The position numbers and the translations under genes were made by a program. From Anaeramoeba ignava BMAN (Eukaryota; Protista; Anaeramoebae), in the NCBI GenBank assembly GCA_028826165.1, contig JAPDFW010000063.1, positions 310,001-374,000 on the forward strand: a stretch of 64,000 bases of DNA, in the 5' to 3' direction. The first letter of the stretch is position 1; every line of letters begins with the position of its first letter. This document shows positions 62,319-64,000 of this stretch, one piece after another. The notes beneath the pieces were generated by a model. The model was not told the origin of the DNA and ran no database searches. It saw nothing but the letters and a program-made list of their open reading frames with translations.

Positions 62319-64000
62319 TTAATTTTGATTATTAAATTTGTTAATTAATAAATCAAATAAATTTGGTTTTGTTTGATTTAATTGAAAATAATCAATTCCA
62401 ATTTCAATTTCATTAATTATTTCTTGTGTAATTTGAATTTCATCTTTAATTTGATTTGAATAAATCCAATATTCAAATATTTGAAATGATTTATTACTTA
62501 ATTCACTATAATCAGTAACTTTATTTGATTTATCTTCTGTAACAGATAAAAACATTCCTCGATATAATTCACTTCTCATTATTAATATTAATTTAGGAAA
62601 TTTATATTGTTTTTCTTTTCTTTCAATTATAAAATCTTTTTCATTTTCATTTAAATAAATTCTTTTCATTGTTTCTTCAATTTTTTCATTTGAATTTATA
62701 ATTTCTTTAATTTCTAAATATAATTTTGGATTTATTATTCTGTTTGAATAAATCATTTCAAATATTTGATTTGATTCTTTAATTGATTTTTTTGAAATAA
62801 TTTCTTTAAGTTTTTCAATTTCATTTTCATCTTTTAATCTATATTTCAATATTAATTTATGAGCTTCAATTATTTCTCCATTTTTGGTTTTAAATGAAAT
62901 ATTGCAAAATTCTTTTCTTTCAAATAATTTTATCAAATCTTCTTCAAGATTGGAAAAAGAAGGAGGAGAATAATAAAGAAATGATCTGTTAAATCCACAA
63001 GAAATATGATAATTAGAAATATCTTCATTAAATCTTAATTTAGGAAGTTCAATTTGAATAGGAATTAATTGATCATTTGTATCTCCAGTTCCTAATTGAC
63101 CAAAATAATTATATCCAAATACTATTAATTTTGATTTGGATGTTAAAATCAAAGTATGTTGTCTTCCAACAGAAAAATCAAGAATATTATCATCATTTTC
63201 AAATAAAGATGATTTGATTTCAGTAAATTCATAAGTACTTTCATTTTTGCCAAGTCCATTATATGGAAAATAACCACATGAATAAAGTTTTCTTTTTGTT
63301 TTAAATTCAATCAACATTATTGAATGATAATATCCAGATTGAATATCAATTATTTCACCTTTTGGAATATTTTGGATTTTGGTTAATTTATTTATTATTC
63401 TTTCTTCTTTTCTTGATTTCCCTAATCCAAGTCGACCATATCTATTATTTCCACATACAAATAATTCTTGATTTGAATTTAAAAGAAAAGCTGAAGTTGA
63501 AGTTCCTGAAAACATTTTAGAAACATTTTTCATCATTAAAATTGGTTTTTCTGTTTTTTTAAGTGTTCTAGAATCAAAACCAAGTTGACCAAATGAATTT
63601 GAACCAATTCCATAAGCATTTTGATTTGAAGTTAATAAATAAATTGAATTAGAACCAGAAACAATATCTTGAATTATTCTATCATTTGTATCTTCAATTA
63701 ATGATGAAATATTGATAAATTCTTTTGTATCATTTGGATCAATATTCATTTCTTTTGTAAATACATTTCCTTCTTTTGTTAAAATAGCTTCATTTGAAAG
63801 ACCAACAGTTACTTTTTGAATATCTTCAATTTGGATTTTTGAAGGATTTTGGTTTAAATATTCTATTGCTTTTCCATTTTCAAAAAGGAAAATTACTGAA
63901 GAATGACCTGATGAAATTTGTTTAATTTGTTTTTCATTTTCATTTTCATTTTCATTTTCAAATTTAAATTGAATTGGTTTTGTTATTGAATCAGATTCAT
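62319..64000 (-). CDS. RCC1 + tandem BTB protein (start beyond window)
   Basis: Frame open to the window edge; paralog of 56042. Confidence 0.88.
   Translation of the reverse strand, partial: ESDSITKPIQFKFENENENENEKQIKQISSGHSSVIFLFENGKAIEYLNQNPSKIQIEDIQKVTVGLSNEAILTKEGNVFTKEMNIDPNDTKEFINISSLIEDTNDRIIQDIVSGSNSIYLLTSNQNAYGIGSNSFGQLGFDSRTLKKTEKPILMMKNVSKMFSGTSTSAFLLNSNQELFVCGNNRYGRLGLGKSRKEERIINKLTKIQNIPKGEIIDIQSGYYHSIMLIEFKTKRKLYSCGYFPYNGLGKNESTYEFTEIKSSLFENDDNILDFSVGRQHTLILTSKSKLIVFGYNYFGQLGTGDTNDQLIPIQIELPKLRFNEDISNYHISCGFNRSFLYYSPPSFSNLEEDLIKLFERKEFCNISFKTKNGEIIEAHKLILKYRLKDENEIEKLKEIISKKSIKESNQIFEMIYSNRIINPKLYLEIKEIINSNEKIEETMKRIYLNENEKDFIIERKEKQYKFPKLILIMRSELYRGMFLSVTEDKSNKVTDYSELSNKSFQIFEYWIYSNQIKDEIQITQEIINEIEIGIDYFQLNQTKPNLFDLLINKFNNQN

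Noticed and set aside
1-64000. tRNA, rRNA, snoRNA genes and inteins
   Set aside because: No GC-rich structured segments or recognisable boxes seen by eye; no Hint-domain C...HN insertion evident in the proteins. A covariance-model or HMM scan would be needed to exclude them fully.

Overview
Very AT-rich eukaryotic (protist) nuclear DNA, gene-dense, with spliceosomal introns that are often filled with simple repeats. Poly-NQ/NE tracts, BTB/RCC1 expansions, amoeboid cytoskeletal genes and an ISD11 with a presequence suggest an anaerobic metamonad amoeba such as Anaeramoeba (inference, not verified). I reconstructed about 25 genes by hand. Housekeeping and signalling genes: USP9X/24/34-like DUB (partial), LisH-RasGEF, Ras, RLP24, ISD11, bZIP, LIM protein, DHHC acyltransferase, beta-ureidopropionase, POLD2, USP12/46, talin-like FERM protein and fibrillarin. 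There is also a 59-aa Tom5/Tom6-like microprotein missed by the ORF track, a bacterial-like membrane protein, and nine BTB genes (RCC1-BTB x5, ILEI-BTB-BTB-ILEI x2, BTB-TLDc, BTB-FN3-GAS2). Main leads: (1) a BTB adaptor repertoire with hypervariable, mosaic recognition faces; (2) the small Tom subunit; (3) apparently scrambled micro-exons in UPB1, possibly an assembly artefact; (4) a 143-bp satellite present as two inverted arrays; (5) AAG-rich, tract-less 3' splice sites; (6) fibrillarin lacking RGG repeats. Many ORF-track entries (poly-IL, KI, FN, SK) are repeat artefacts. Several single-base frameshifts suggest residual assembly errors.
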